Assembly (NCBI GenBank): GCA_965279035.1
Contig: OZ257142.1
Coordinates: 832,001-896,000, forward strand
Direction: 5' to 3'
DNA from: Bacteroidia bacterium
GTDB taxonomy: Bacteria; Bacteroidota; Bacteroidia; M30B66
Length of the DNA: 64,000 nt
Shown: piece after piece, positions 1 through 9,631 of the stretch
Layout: each line of letters begins with the position of its first letter
Numbering within the stretch: position 1 is the stretch's first letter
Position numbers and translations under genes: made by a program
The notes under the pieces: model-generated
Database searches by the model: none
Told to the model about the DNA's origin: nothing
Seen by the model: the letters and a program-made list of their open reading frames with translations, nothing else

Positions 1-492
1 TAGACTATAGTATTTTCCATTGTTTTGTCTAAAATTTTCCCCGTCAACATTGATGTCTTGACTTGTGAGAGAAGTCGCAATATTTAAAAAATCAGCCCAA
101 AGAATATCAGACTCTCCTTCGTTTAATCCAGTAATGAAAAAGGTCCCATTTACTTGAGCTTCTTCTAATATTGGTTTAGCAAAAAGAAAATTATTTCTGT
201 ACCCATCATCAAATGTGAGCACTATATTGGGTTTGTCTTTTAAAAAACGTTCTTCAAAAAAATCTTCCAAAGAAATAATATGACAGTATTTTTTTAAAAA
301 CTGAATTTGTCTGTAGAAGTCTTTCTTGGAAGTATGACGCGTATTAAAACGGGTATCACCGACTTGATCAATTCCATGATACATTAAAATGGTATTCTGA
401 GTTTTCCGAAGGCTTCTCCGAGCCAATAGGCCTGTATTAAAGGAAATCTCGTTTCCAGTACGTTGCAGCTTTGAAAGAATACGATTTATCAT
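1..492 (-). CDS. Polysaccharide deacetylase (CE4/IcaB-like), 3' end runs off the window
   Basis: Absent from the ORF track. Manual translation from the ATG at 492 gives MINRILSK...ILMYHGID...NIVLTFDDGYRNN...GTFFITG, with the LMYH and TFDDG motifs of the NodB/CE4 family. Confidence 0.85.
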   Translation of the reverse strand, partial: MINRILSKLQRTGNEISFNTGLLARRSLRKTQNTILMYHGIDQVGDTRFNTRHTSKKDFYRQIQFLKKYCHIISLEDFFEERFLKDKPNIVLTFDDGYRNNFLFAKPILEEAQVNGTFFITGLNEGESDILWADFLNIATSLTSQDINVDGENFRQNNGKYYSL

Positions 493-511
493 AATTCCTG
501 TTTAACAGGAA

Positions 512-1456
512 TTAGAATACATCTAAGTCCGCCCCTGTGAACTTCAAAGATAGATTTTGTTCGGGATTTAGCAAATTCTTAAATACAATTGGAACACCCA
601 ATACAAACGGATTTTTTGAGCTAAATAATTTATCTATTTCAGATTCATTCGAGGCACTAATAGTTAATTGATCTAAGCCGAGTAATGAAGTCAACTTTTT
701 AAGCTTAGTAATAATCTCATTGGCTGAATGATTCTTAGAAAGATCAATATCTCCAATAATTAATGAACCATCGATTTTAGCCCAAATAGATACCCCTTTC
801 CAAGTGAATTGAAACGATGGATTATAGTGTTTGTATTGATAGTAATCAGCGTCTTTCCAAGCACTGTCATCCTTCGAATTCATTTGAGAATTAATAAATG
901 AATCATTGGATTTTGTTGAATTTCTCAATACGAATGAAACCCAAATTTTATATAGAAACTGCAATCTTAATTTTCTAAAAATCCGATAGATAGGGATGCC
1001 ACTATTTTTGAATATATACTGATGAAAATTTCCACTATGATGCCAGTTTAAGCTCCGTGTAAAACCTGGAAATGAATTATCATTTGGAAATGCATATAGA
1101 TAATTCACACCTTCAGCTAATGCTAATTTCTCTGTTTCTCTTCCTAATAATCCAAATAATCCTTTCCGTTGATGTTCTTTATGTGTAATGATATCAGCCG
1201 ATTGTCCTGAAAGTTTTTTTAATCCATCTATTTTTAGAAAGCCAGGAAATAGACAGAAAAACGCGGCAGGAGTGCCATCTTTTGCATAGGCAAAATGGGC
1301 TAAATATGTTTTAGAAGTGTAGGCTGTATTGTATTTATTTTGAAGATATTTTTCTGAAATATCAATGCCTCTCGATTCTTTAAATAATCGAGATAAGTCT
1401 TTTATATTTTCATGGTTTGCTCTTACAATTCGATACTCAGAAGAATCATCATTCAT
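512..1456 (-). CDS. GNAT-family N-acyltransferase
   Basis: Acetyl-CoA-binding-like motif DIITHKEHQRKGLF followed by YAFPN. Lies next to the polysaccharide deacetylase. Confidence 0.7.
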   Translation of the reverse strand: MNDDSSEYRIVRANHENIKDLSRLFKESRGIDISEKYLQNKYNTAYTSKTYLAHFAYAKDGTPAAFFCLFPGFLKIDGLKKLSGQSADIITHKEHQRKGLFGLLGRETEKLALAEGVNYLYAFPNDNSFPGFTRSLNWHHSGNFHQYIFKNSGIPIYRIFRKLRLQFLYKIWVSFVLRNSTKSNDSFINSQMNSKDDSAWKDADYYQYKHYNPSFQFTWKGVSIWAKIDGSLIIGDIDLSKNHSANEIITKLKKLTSLLGLDQLTISASNESEIDKLFSSKNPFVLGVPIVFKNLLNPEQNLSLKFTGADLDVF

Positions 1457-2384
1457 TTTTCGAATTCTTAGTAAGGAGTGGAGCAGTTAAAGGGAAATGG
1501 CTAAGAAACAGGTATAAACGTTCTTTATTACGGTAAGTAGTTAAATGCTTAAATGATTGAAATAACATTTTATTCATCATCGACCAATTTTTCACATACT
1601 CATAATGTCGAGCCATATTAAAGCTGCATTCGGCTAATAGATGTTTTTTTATATTCAAAGGAATTTTCTTTGATACATCTAAATAATCTTTTGCATAGAA
1701 TAATCGATTTAGTCCTTTATAACGATCGAGGTAGGAATTTCGACTTAAATCGACCGAATTCCCCTCATGAATTCTATAAATTAAGGTGTTAGTTATAACT
1801 TGAAATACGGGGAATTTCGTTGCAATAGAAACCCATAGAACAAGGTCTTCAACAATGACAATTTGAGGATCAAATTTAAATTCATTCAAAATAGTTCGAT
1901 GAATACAAACCCTCGATGGAGTGATTGGATTTAAAAGCAAATAATTAAATTCATTTCCGATTTGCATCTCAGGAATCATTGGTGTTTCAATTCCTTTGGC
2001 TGTTAGGTAGCTTACATTGGTAAAGAAGAATGCAATCGGCTTTTGCTTTTGAATAATGAATTGGGACAAGAATTCAAGATGATTGGGAGCATATTTATCA
2101 TCACTATCTAAAAATAATAAATAGTTGCCTTTTGTATGAATAGCACCATTGTTTCTGGCGGCACTTCGTTCTGCATTTTTTTGATAAATATATCGGACTC
2201 TTGGATCTGTGGTTGAAATGGATTCAATCAGTGCTTTAGTATTATCCGTTGAGCCATCATCAACCACTATGATTTCCCAGTCGTTGAAAGACTGAATCTG
2301 AACGCTTTCAATAGTTTCAGAAAGAATGAATGCCCTGTTATATGCTGGGATGATGATACTAAAAAAGGGATTTTCCAAGCCCAT
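1449..2384 (-). CDS. Glycosyltransferase family 2
   Basis: FSIIIPAYNR, VVDDGSTD, FLDSDD (DXD) and VED motifs. ATG at 2384 preferred over TTG at 2393. Confidence 0.9.
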   Translation of the reverse strand: MGLENPFFSIIIPAYNRAFILSETIESVQIQSFNDWEIIVVDDGSTDNTKALIESISTTDPRVRYIYQKNAERSAARNNGAIHTKGNYLLFLDSDDKYAPNHLEFLSQFIIQKQKPIAFFFTNVSYLTAKGIETPMIPEMQIGNEFNYLLLNPITPSRVCIHRTILNEFKFDPQIVIVEDLVLWVSIATKFPVFQVITNTLIYRIHEGNSVDLSRNSYLDRYKGLNRLFYAKDYLDVSKKIPLNIKKHLLAECSFNMARHYEYVKNWSMMNKMLFQSFKHLTTYRNKERLYLFLSHFPLTAPLLTKNSKNE

Positions 2385-2385
2385 C

Positions 2386-3396
2386 TCAGCCAAGTAGTGT
2401 TTTAAAGCGGAACTTTAATTTTTCTTTTGAAGTTGGCAGATAAATCTTGCTAAATGCCGATTTATTGAAAATACTCCAACCTTGCTTCAGTGTTTCTTTA
2501 TTGTTATAACACAAATGAAAAAAACGGATTGCTAAATAGTTCTGAAACGCTTGTTTAGGAATAAATCCACTTTGATTATTGGCAAGCAGAATTTTCTCTA
2601 TCAATACTCTTAATTGCTCCATTTGAGTGGAATCTAAGCTCCAGTCAACATTAGCAAATCTTCCATACAGATTTATTTCATCAATGGATAATTCAATGCC
2701 CATGGAACGAAACTGCTTTTGTTTCACTTTGGCGCAGGTATCCTGCATTGTTTGGGCATATTTATTCGAAATGTTTTTTGGATGATCTCGTTTTAGAACA
2801 AGTAATTCTTGAATGTTAGAAAGCTTGCAATAATCGCTCAGCCGTACCCAAAATTCATAATCTTCTCCATGAACAAATTCTGGATCAAAGAATAAATTGT
2901 TTTGACGTAAAACAGAAGTTCTAATAGCCGCAGTTGGATGAGAAATATGAGTTTGATATAAATGCCGAATTCGGATTTCTGTATCGTCTTGGCTGTATTT
3001 TACAACTTTAGATTCGATGTGTTCTCCAAAATCCTCAAACCAAGTCCCAATTAGGCCGTAATCAGGGTTTTTATCTAAGAATTCAACTTGTTTCTCAATA
3101 CGTTGAGGAAGACTAATGTCATCCTGGTCCATGCGGATAATATATTCACCAATGCATTTTTCTAGACCAATATTGAGAGAAGCAATTAAGCCTTTATTTG
3201 AATCATTGTTGATTAGGCGAATTCGATTATCCTGAAAGCTTTGTATTACATCGATGCTTCGATCGGTTGATCCATCATTCACAATCACAAATTCAAAATC
3301 ACGATATGTTTGATCGAGAATACTTTGTATTGCAGCAACAAGGTCATCTCCGGCATTATAAACCGGCATAAATACAGAAACGCGTGGATTGGCCAT
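2386..3396 (-). CDS. Glycosyltransferase family 2
   Basis: VSVFMPVYN, IVNDGSTD, RMDQDD and GEDY motifs. Start moved to the ATG at 3396 (MANPRV), which lies just behind a promoter motif. Confidence 0.9.
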   Translation of the reverse strand: MANPRVSVFMPVYNAGDDLVAAIQSILDQTYRDFEFVIVNDGSTDRSIDVIQSFQDNRIRLINNDSNKGLIASLNIGLEKCIGEYIIRMDQDDISLPQRIEKQVEFLDKNPDYGLIGTWFEDFGEHIESKVVKYSQDDTEIRIRHLYQTHISHPTAAIRTSVLRQNNLFFDPEFVHGEDYEFWVRLSDYCKLSNIQELLVLKRDHPKNISNKYAQTMQDTCAKVKQKQFRSMGIELSIDEINLYGRFANVDWSLDSTQMEQLRVLIEKILLANNQSGFIPKQAFQNYLAIRFFHLCYNNKETLKQGWSIFNKSAFSKIYLPTSKEKLKFRFKTLLG

Positions 3397-3398
3397 CT

Positions 3399-4337
3399 TT
3401 AAGAACGCGGCAAAGATACAAGCATTTCTCGCCAAAGTTCTTCAATCCCTTTTTCAAGTTCGATTTTGGCTTGCCATCCTGTAAGTGTATTGATTTTATT
3501 GACGTTTAGGATGTTTGTAGGCGTATCTACAGCACGTGATGGGAGATATTTTACGGGAAAGTTTTGTTGAGTTGCTAAACGTATTTTCTCGAGTACCTCA
3601 TTCACCGTTGAACCTACTCCTGAACCAATATTTAGAATTTCATTTTGAATTGGATGTTTCAAAATAAATTCAATTCCTCTGCATAAATCTTGAATGTGAA
3701 TATAATCTCTTACCACATTTCCATCACCCCAGATTTCAACCGGCTGTTCTTGAATTAACTTTCCTAAAGTAACAGCAATTAAGCCTTGTTTACCATATAG
3801 ATTCTGTCCAGATCCATAAGGATTGGAAGGGCGAACAATCACATAATCAAGTCCGAGATTTCTTGATTGGAAACGGATATATTCCTCCATAGCCAATTTT
3901 GAAAATCCGTAATAATTAATGGGTGCTGTTACTGATGTTTCACTATTTACTTCTTGACCATTATTCCCATAGATAGCGCCACCTGTAGAGAAGAACATCA
4001 ATTTTTTACTTCCATGTTGAAGCATTCCATTTACTAATTCAAATCCAGCAAGTAGATTCAAATCTTGTTCTTTTTGAAAATCATTAAATCCGGAGGATGG
4101 TATGAGACTACAAGCTAAATGGATAACCCTATCGAATGGACCTTTTTGAAGACATGAATGAAGAAAATGACGATCGGTAATGTCTCCAATATATTCGATG
4201 TAGGGAAATTCAATTAGCTTATCAGAGGTAAAAGGGAACTTATCGCAAATATGAATTTCATATCCTTCATCGGAAAGATGAGAAGCGAGATTTCGGCCAA
4301 TAAAACCGTTACCACCAAGGATGAGAATACGCGACAT
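3399..4337 (-). CDS. NAD-dependent NDP-sugar epimerase/dehydratase (extended SDR)
   Basis: GGNGFIG Rossmann motif, catalytic YGFSK (YxxxK), RPSNPYG and RDYIHI. Confidence 0.9.
   Translation of the reverse strand: MSRILILGGNGFIGRNLASHLSDEGYEIHICDKFPFTSDKLIEFPYIEYIGDITDRHFLHSCLQKGPFDRVIHLACSLIPSSGFNDFQKEQDLNLLAGFELVNGMLQHGSKKLMFFSTGGAIYGNNGQEVNSETSVTAPINYYGFSKLAMEEYIRFQSRNLGLDYVIVRPSNPYGSGQNLYGKQGLIAVTLGKLIQEQPVEIWGDGNVVRDYIHIQDLCRGIEFILKHPIQNEILNIGSGVGSTVNEVLEKIRLATQQNFPVKYLPSRAVDTPTNILNVNKINTLTGWQAKIELEKGIEELWREMLVSLPRS
3411..3418 (-). promoter_or_regulatory. Bacteroidota sigma-A -7 element (TATCTTTG), internal promoter
   Basis: Exact TAnnTTTG match 14 nt upstream of the GT2 ATG, inside the 3' end of the upstream gene. 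Confidence 0.55.
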
Positions 4338-4368
4338 GATCGCGAAGATAATAATTTCGTTGATTAAG

Positions 4369-5259
4369 TTAGATGCGTCTCCAATTTGAAGGTATCAAAT
4401 CAGAGGTATTTCGAACATCATCGGCGAACCATTTTACAGGGCAAATTACCTTTTTAGTCCTTGATGGATTTAACCAAGCGCCCCACCAACTAAAGCTACT
4501 ATTTGCCGTAATGTGGTGTTTGCACATGCTCATCAGTTGCATATCGATATATGCCAAATCACCTTGATTATTATCGATATAATGAACAGGCCAGCTTAAT
4601 TTTAAATTGATTTTACACCATTCGGGATCATCTGAGAAAATGAAAAAAACAGGATCTATTTCATTTTCTGCGATCAATTTAGCTGCACTTTCATAATAGT
4701 CAATCCCACACGAACCGTGCGTTTTAGCCACATCGGGATTATTTACCATATCGGTTCTTCTTACATGCAGGGAAATAGCATTCGACTGTTTAATTAATTG
4801 TTCCCAATGCTTATTTTTATCGCTTAATGGATATTTAAATCGAAAATCATTTCGAATTTGATTCTCCTGATTTTTAAAATATTTCTCTGATTGCCAGTAT
4901 CCAATGAGGTAAATATTGCTAGAAGCCTTTGTGAAATTTGCATCATAATGAAAGAACGGTTCTTTATAAACCAATTTCTTATGATTGGGTTTCATTGAAT
5001 CTAATTTGGTTCTTATTTTTCCTGGAATGCTTGTTATATCAGGTTTAAGGAAATAATCAATTTCTTTTCTCGAAGCCAATTCAGGTTGAAGCATGTATGG
5101 ATCGAGTCCATAATTCCGTGGAGTTTGTTTTTCAATATCCAGTTCAAACCATGTTTTATCTAATTTCAACGAAGTGTTTTTCTCCATCGATAAGGCTTTC
5201 CCTGCAGCATATTGAAATAGTTGATTACCCAATCCACTAATTAGTTCAATGATTATCAT
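4369..5259 (-). CDS. GT11 alpha-1,2-fucosyltransferase family protein
   Basis: GLGNQLFQYA, GYWQSEKYF, HVRRTD, FSDD and NSSFSWWGAWL motifs of GT11. Start at MIIIEL (5259). Confidence 0.9.
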   Translation of the reverse strand: MIIIELISGLGNQLFQYAAGKALSMEKNTSLKLDKTWFELDIEKQTPRNYGLDPYMLQPELASRKEIDYFLKPDITSIPGKIRTKLDSMKPNHKKLVYKEPFFHYDANFTKASSNIYLIGYWQSEKYFKNQENQIRNDFRFKYPLSDKNKHWEQLIKQSNAISLHVRRTDMVNNPDVAKTHGSCGIDYYESAAKLIAENEIDPVFFIFSDDPEWCKINLKLSWPVHYIDNNQGDLAYIDMQLMSMCKHHITANSSFSWWGAWLNPSRTKKVICPVKWFADDVRNTSDLIPSNWRRI

Positions 5260-6181
5260 GATTTTTTTGTTGAATTTGAATCCATTTCCCAAGAAATTTA
5301 ATTGCTAATTGATTATTTAATTTAGAAATAAAACAATAAAGTGAAATAAACGCAGGAATTGTTCCTCGAAATCCGGCAGTTCGAATTTCTTGAATAGACC
5401 GAATCTTATAGGTTTGCATGAGAAACAATAAACGTTCGTTGAATATTACTTTATCATCAGAATTTAAAATGGATTTTAATTTATCATAACAATAAAAGAA
5501 TTCTTTTAACTCCACATTTTTATTGTCGCGTAGAGTATTTGTTAATTGAAGTGGATGTTGATCAGAAGTAATAATTAAAGGTTCATCAATTGCATAACTT
5601 CCATATTTATAGATGAATTGCATATAACTTTCGATGTCAACCAACCAAATTAAGTTGGAGTCAAACGGGATAAATGCTTCGCGTTTTATAATCGTTGCAG
5701 ATGGCGCACCAATAATATTCGCGTGAAATAATACAGAAGGTTGCTGATTGATGTTTTTGATTTTAGAATCATTGGTATTATAAAGCAATTTTTCTCCAGT
5801 CAAGGTGTTGAAAATAAAACTCTTGCAGAACAAAAATACTTGATCGGGATGTTCTTTAATTGCCCAAACAAATCGTTCCAAGGCAAGTGAATTTTCAAAC
5901 CAATCGTCATGATGCATTATTTTAATCCATGTTCCTTGTGCATGTGTAACAGAAGAATTCCAATTCTCAGGAGAACCTTTTGATGGCTGGTTATGAAAAT
6001 AGTGCAGATCGAAATTCCAAGATTTCTCTTTAGTGACATTCAAAACGGATCCATCTTGACTGTCATCCGAAAGAATCACTTCAAAATCTCTGAACGTTTG
6101 AACTTCAATAGATTCAAGCAATCTTCTTAGATCATCGGGTTGTTTATACGCTGGAATACAAATAGAAATGAATGGCGTCAT
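5246..6181 (-). CDS. Glycosyltransferase family 2
   Basis: ISICIPAY, LSDDS and HHDDW motifs. Likely start MTPFIS at 6181; the ORF track gives 6208. Confidence 0.85.
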   Translation of the reverse strand: MTPFISICIPAYKQPDDLRRLLESIEVQTFRDFEVILSDDSQDGSVLNVTKEKSWNFDLHYFHNQPSKGSPENWNSSVTHAQGTWIKIMHHDDWFENSLALERFVWAIKEHPDQVFLFCKSFIFNTLTGEKLLYNTNDSKIKNINQQPSVLFHANIIGAPSATIIKREAFIPFDSNLIWLVDIESYMQFIYKYGSYAIDEPLIITSDQHPLQLTNTLRDNKNVELKEFFYCYDKLKSILNSDDKVIFNERLLFLMQTYKIRSIQEIRTAGFRGTIPAFISLYCFISKLNNQLAIKFLGKWIQIQQKNHDNH

Positions 6182-6325
6182 TTTTTCAGCTTGAAAGAGT
6201 TTCTCCATTTTTATTTACACATATTCAATGAAGCCTTTTCATGATGGTCCAATGATTTTTGAGCAGTATGTTTTTCAAATAAACAAAAAGAGAACTAGAA
6301 ATTGGAGTTGATAATTTTAATTCCC

Positions 6326-6356
6326 TGACATACAGCAATATGTCAAAAATATGTCA
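6326..6356. repeat. Intergenic inverted repeat TGACATA-N6-TATGTCA plus an 11-bp-period direct repeat AATATGTCA
   Basis: tgacata cagcaa tatgtca aa aatatgtca in the ~180-200-bp gap between two GT2 genes. Operator-like. Confidence 0.45.
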
Positions 6357-6387
6357 CATCTTAAAAACAAAAAAATGATTGTGGATG

Positions 6388-7377
6388 TTAGAAGAGTGTA
6401 GCGTTAGTTTGATTTAGGTATTGGGGTGGGTCTTCATTGATCTGCCCCAATTTTTTTCTGCTTCTTAGCAAGCTACTAATGAATAGTTTCTTTGAAATAA
6501 CCCAGCTAAAGCACAATGAAATCCCTCGTATTCCTGGATGGATTTCACGAAGAATTTTGAACATTAACGGGCTTGGGGCACTTTTCAAATTATTCTCCTT
6601 GATAATTACAGTTAAGTATCTCAAGTAAACTTGTTGTAAATGAATTCGTCTGTTGATTGCATGTTTTCCCGGTAAGATTAGAATTGCTTTCAACATGGGA
6701 ATTACGAGCTTTAATTCTTGCCAAGTTGAAGAACCGGGATGCACTCGATAAAGAATCAAGGCCTCTGAAATACTTAAGAAAGAACAGCCCTTTTCAAGTA
6801 ATAGCGTCCAAAGTAGATAATCCTCACAATTTTGGATTTCTAATTCTTCTGGAAACATTCCTTTAGAAAACAAGACCTCCTTTTTAACCAATACAGAAGA
6901 CGTTGGGATTTTATTTTGAGCGTGAAATTCTTGAACTGCTTCTTCTCCTTGGTACACTTTATTTTGAACTCCAAAACGATGTTCTCTTAAATCCATTTGA
7001 TTGGATAAACAGATAAAGCCATCGGTAAAACTCAAATCATAATTCCCTTTTATGGTTTCCTCCAATTGAAATTTCAACTTCCCGGGCAACCAAATGTCAT
7101 CCGAATCTAAAAAGGCTATCCAAACCCCTTTTGCTAGTTTAATTCCTGTATTTCGAGCCTTTCCTTGACGTCCGTTGGCTTGTTTGATTAAACGAATTCG
7201 TGAATCTGAAGCGCTTAGTTTTTCGACTACTTCAAGCGTAATATCTGTAGATCCATCGTCTACAATAATTAGTTCCCAAGAGGAATAATCTTGAATTTGA
7301 ATCGACTGAACTGTAGTTTCTAAATAGTCGGCACAATTGTATGCAGGTATGATAATGGAAACGATCGGATTTTCCAT
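6388..7377 (-). CDS. Glycosyltransferase family 2
   Basis: VSIIIPAYN, VDDGSTD, ARNTG, FLDSDD and CEDY motifs. Confidence 0.9.
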   Translation of the reverse strand: MENPIVSIIIPAYNCADYLETTVQSIQIQDYSSWELIIVDDGSTDITLEVVEKLSASDSRIRLIKQANGRQGKARNTGIKLAKGVWIAFLDSDDIWLPGKLKFQLEETIKGNYDLSFTDGFICLSNQMDLREHRFGVQNKVYQGEEAVQEFHAQNKIPTSSVLVKKEVLFSKGMFPEELEIQNCEDYLLWTLLLEKGCSFLSISEALILYRVHPGSSTWQELKLVIPMLKAILILPGKHAINRRIHLQQVYLRYLTVIIKENNLKSAPSPLMFKILREIHPGIRGISLCFSWVISKKLFISSLLRSRKKLGQINEDPPQYLNQTNATLF

Positions 7378-7378
7378 A

Positions 7379-8854
7379 TCAACTAAAATTCGACATCGAT
7401 TTCAAAACTCTTTTTTCACGAATGCGAGCTTCAAGTTTTGGTGAAACAGAGATAAATTTTCGAAATAACCTCATAATCAAAGGAGGTTTGTCGCTTAATA
7501 CTTCGCCCATAAACATCCCTTTTTCTACATCAATGGATTTGAAATGTTTAAATGGAATTCCAAATGTTTGGATGTAGAATCCGTATTTCAATGCACCTAA
7601 TTTGGGCATAGGTTCAATATGATCTTTTATCATCCCACATAATTCTTCATGCGAGTTGGGTTCGTATGTTGAGCCAAGCGATTTATAGTAGGAATTAGAA
7701 GCTAAAATGGAGGGTTTTCCCCAATATGTTGCTTCAATTCCAGCGGAAGATCCAAATGAAATAGCCTTCTCACTTAAATCCATAATCAAATAAGTACTTA
7801 TTTGAGATTCAGCAGTAATGACTGTTAAATTGGGATAATTGAGCTCGTATAAATCAGTTTTATGATGCGACGTTACCGTTTTGAAATTGGGATGAATTCT
7901 CAAATAAAAATGAAAATTGGAATCATCTTTAAAGCTTTCTACAATCTTTTTTATCCCTGTAATTTGATCAGGATAAATAATCTTTTCTTCATCTTGATAA
8001 ATAGCAGCGAGCTCATCATCCGAAGAATGTAAAATCAGCACATTCCGTTTGTCATTATTCCAATCGGGAGGCAATGTTTTAACATGATCTTTCGTAAAAG
8101 AGTACCAGTTGGTAATTACTCCGACTCTTCGATTATCGTAGAATTTCTTTCCTTCCTCATTTCGGAATTTCTCATCTGCATTTTCCCAAGATTCATTAAC
8201 TGCACGAAAATTAAAGTCAAGATCAGATATTGCTTCGTTGATTGTGACCGAGTATTTATCTAAAGAACTTCCTCTTTCATGTAAATAGCAATCAATACCT
8301 AATTCTTTACATGCAGTAAAGACAGCCGCTGTATGTGCGAATCGACCACTAAAAGCATATACACGATCGGGTTTTTCCTTCTTCAATACATTGAGTATAG
8401 AATAATAAACACCAGCACTACTAATGATGTAATTCTTGAGTGTTGGCTTAAACTGATCAAGTGATGGACTTGGATCTCGTGTTATAGCAATGATGGAATT
8501 GATAATCCCAAAACCTAAGCGAAAATTCCCAACAGTGAGCTTTCTCAACTCTTCCATTCCACTAATATCTTTAGGAATATTAGCTATAATGGATTTTTGT
8601 TCAGAGTCAAGAGCTGGCAGTGGAATAGAGCGAATTGGTTTTTTTAAGAGTTGCAAACCATGTTGATGTTTTGCTAAACATAAATCACATTTCTCCGGAA
8701 CCATGAATGGATTCAGATCGCAATTTGGAAGTTGAGCATTGCAATAAACTTGAATTATTTCATGTCCTTCATCCGAAAGATTCGTGATTAATTCTAGTTC
8801 AGTTTCGTAATGCGAAACCCATTGAAGATGTGAATTGAAAAAAAGTATTTTCAT
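7379..8854 (-). CDS. KpsS/capsule-biosynthesis-like GT-B protein, candidate nonulosonic acid transferase
   Basis: C-terminal YLRIHP and SFGSSAGIEATYWGKPSI resemble CMP-sugar-dependent GT-B enzymes. The N-terminus has a C-x6-C-x10-CxxC cluster. Translationally coupled (ATGA) to the PIG-L gene. Confidence 0.55.
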   Translation of the reverse strand: MKILFFNSHLQWVSHYETELELITNLSDEGHEIIQVYCNAQLPNCDLNPFMVPEKCDLCLAKHQHGLQLLKKPIRSIPLPALDSEQKSIIANIPKDISGMEELRKLTVGNFRLGFGIINSIIAITRDPSPSLDQFKPTLKNYIISSAGVYYSILNVLKKEKPDRVYAFSGRFAHTAAVFTACKELGIDCYLHERGSSLDKYSVTINEAISDLDFNFRAVNESWENADEKFRNEEGKKFYDNRRVGVITNWYSFTKDHVKTLPPDWNNDKRNVLILHSSDDELAAIYQDEEKIIYPDQITGIKKIVESFKDDSNFHFYLRIHPNFKTVTSHHKTDLYELNYPNLTVITAESQISTYLIMDLSEKAISFGSSAGIEATYWGKPSILASNSYYKSLGSTYEPNSHEELCGMIKDHIEPMPKLGALKYGFYIQTFGIPFKHFKSIDVEKGMFMGEVLSDKPPLIMRLFRKFISVSPKLEARIREKRVLKSMSNFS

Positions 8855-9558
8855 CTTTCAATGCCTCTAATGAGCATAAATGCTTCTGCGAAATTGCTTC
8901 CTACATAAACGCCCCAGTTTTTAGCTCTAACTTTTAGTGCTTCAGGTGAACGAGGATGTGGAAAAGCGCGACGTTCAAATTCATAGCTCTCCATCCCTTT
9001 AATTTTAGCATCGATATCTTCTTCTTCTACCACAAAAAAGTAATTCGGGAGAAAAGGATTGGGATAATTAAATGCTTGCCATTCAGTTGATGAAGGCGTT
9101 TCAAAGCAAAAAAGATACTTTACAGGTTCATGCATCATTGGTCTGATAGCAGTAACCACCGCTTCAAAAGTTCTGCGATGATCTATGTTTGTATCACCAC
9201 CATGATGGGTGAAAATGACTTCTGGATTAAAGTCTTCTTTTTCTTTTTCAATCACCTTGATAATATCCAGTAAATCGACTGAATCAAAACGATTGTCGGC
9301 GAATTCGTATGTTGAAACTGACTCAAATCCGATGGCTTGACGGGCGTTTTCAATATTGGATTTATGAATGGCTAATTCGGCTTCCCATTTGGCTTGATCG
9401 CGTTGATCGGAGCGAGATGTAATGCCTTCTCCAAGAATAATCACTCGAATTTTGCAATTCTTTTGATGAATTAAATGGTGCATCGTTCCTCCACATCCTA
9501 ATAATTCATCATCCGGATGAGCAACAACTAATAGAATTCTTTTTTCTTTTAAGTCCAT
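8851..9558 (-). CDS. PIG-L/LmbE-family N-acetylsugar deacetylase
   Basis: VVAHPDDE metal-binding motif, FTHHGGDTNIDH, and C-terminal AEAF. Confidence 0.9.
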   Translation of the reverse strand: MDLKEKRILLVVAHPDDELLGCGGTMHHLIHQKNCKIRVIILGEGITSRSDQRDQAKWEAELAIHKSNIENARQAIGFESVSTYEFADNRFDSVDLLDIIKVIEKEKEDFNPEVIFTHHGGDTNIDHRRTFEAVVTAIRPMMHEPVKYLFCFETPSSTEWQAFNYPNPFLPNYFFVVEEEDIDAKIKGMESYEFERRAFPHPRSPEALKVRAKNWGVYVGSNFAEAFMLIRGIER

Positions 9559-9631
9559 TTGAATTAATTCAAGGAAATTTGTTCAATTTAAATTTAGGAT
9601 TTGATTGAAAATCAACGAATAAGAAAGTGGT

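Noticed and set aside
9559-9615. Palindromes TTGAATTAATTCAA and TTGATT-GAA-AATCAA upstream of the PIG-L gene
   Set aside because: They are almost entirely A/T in an AT-rich gap and plausible by chance without further support.
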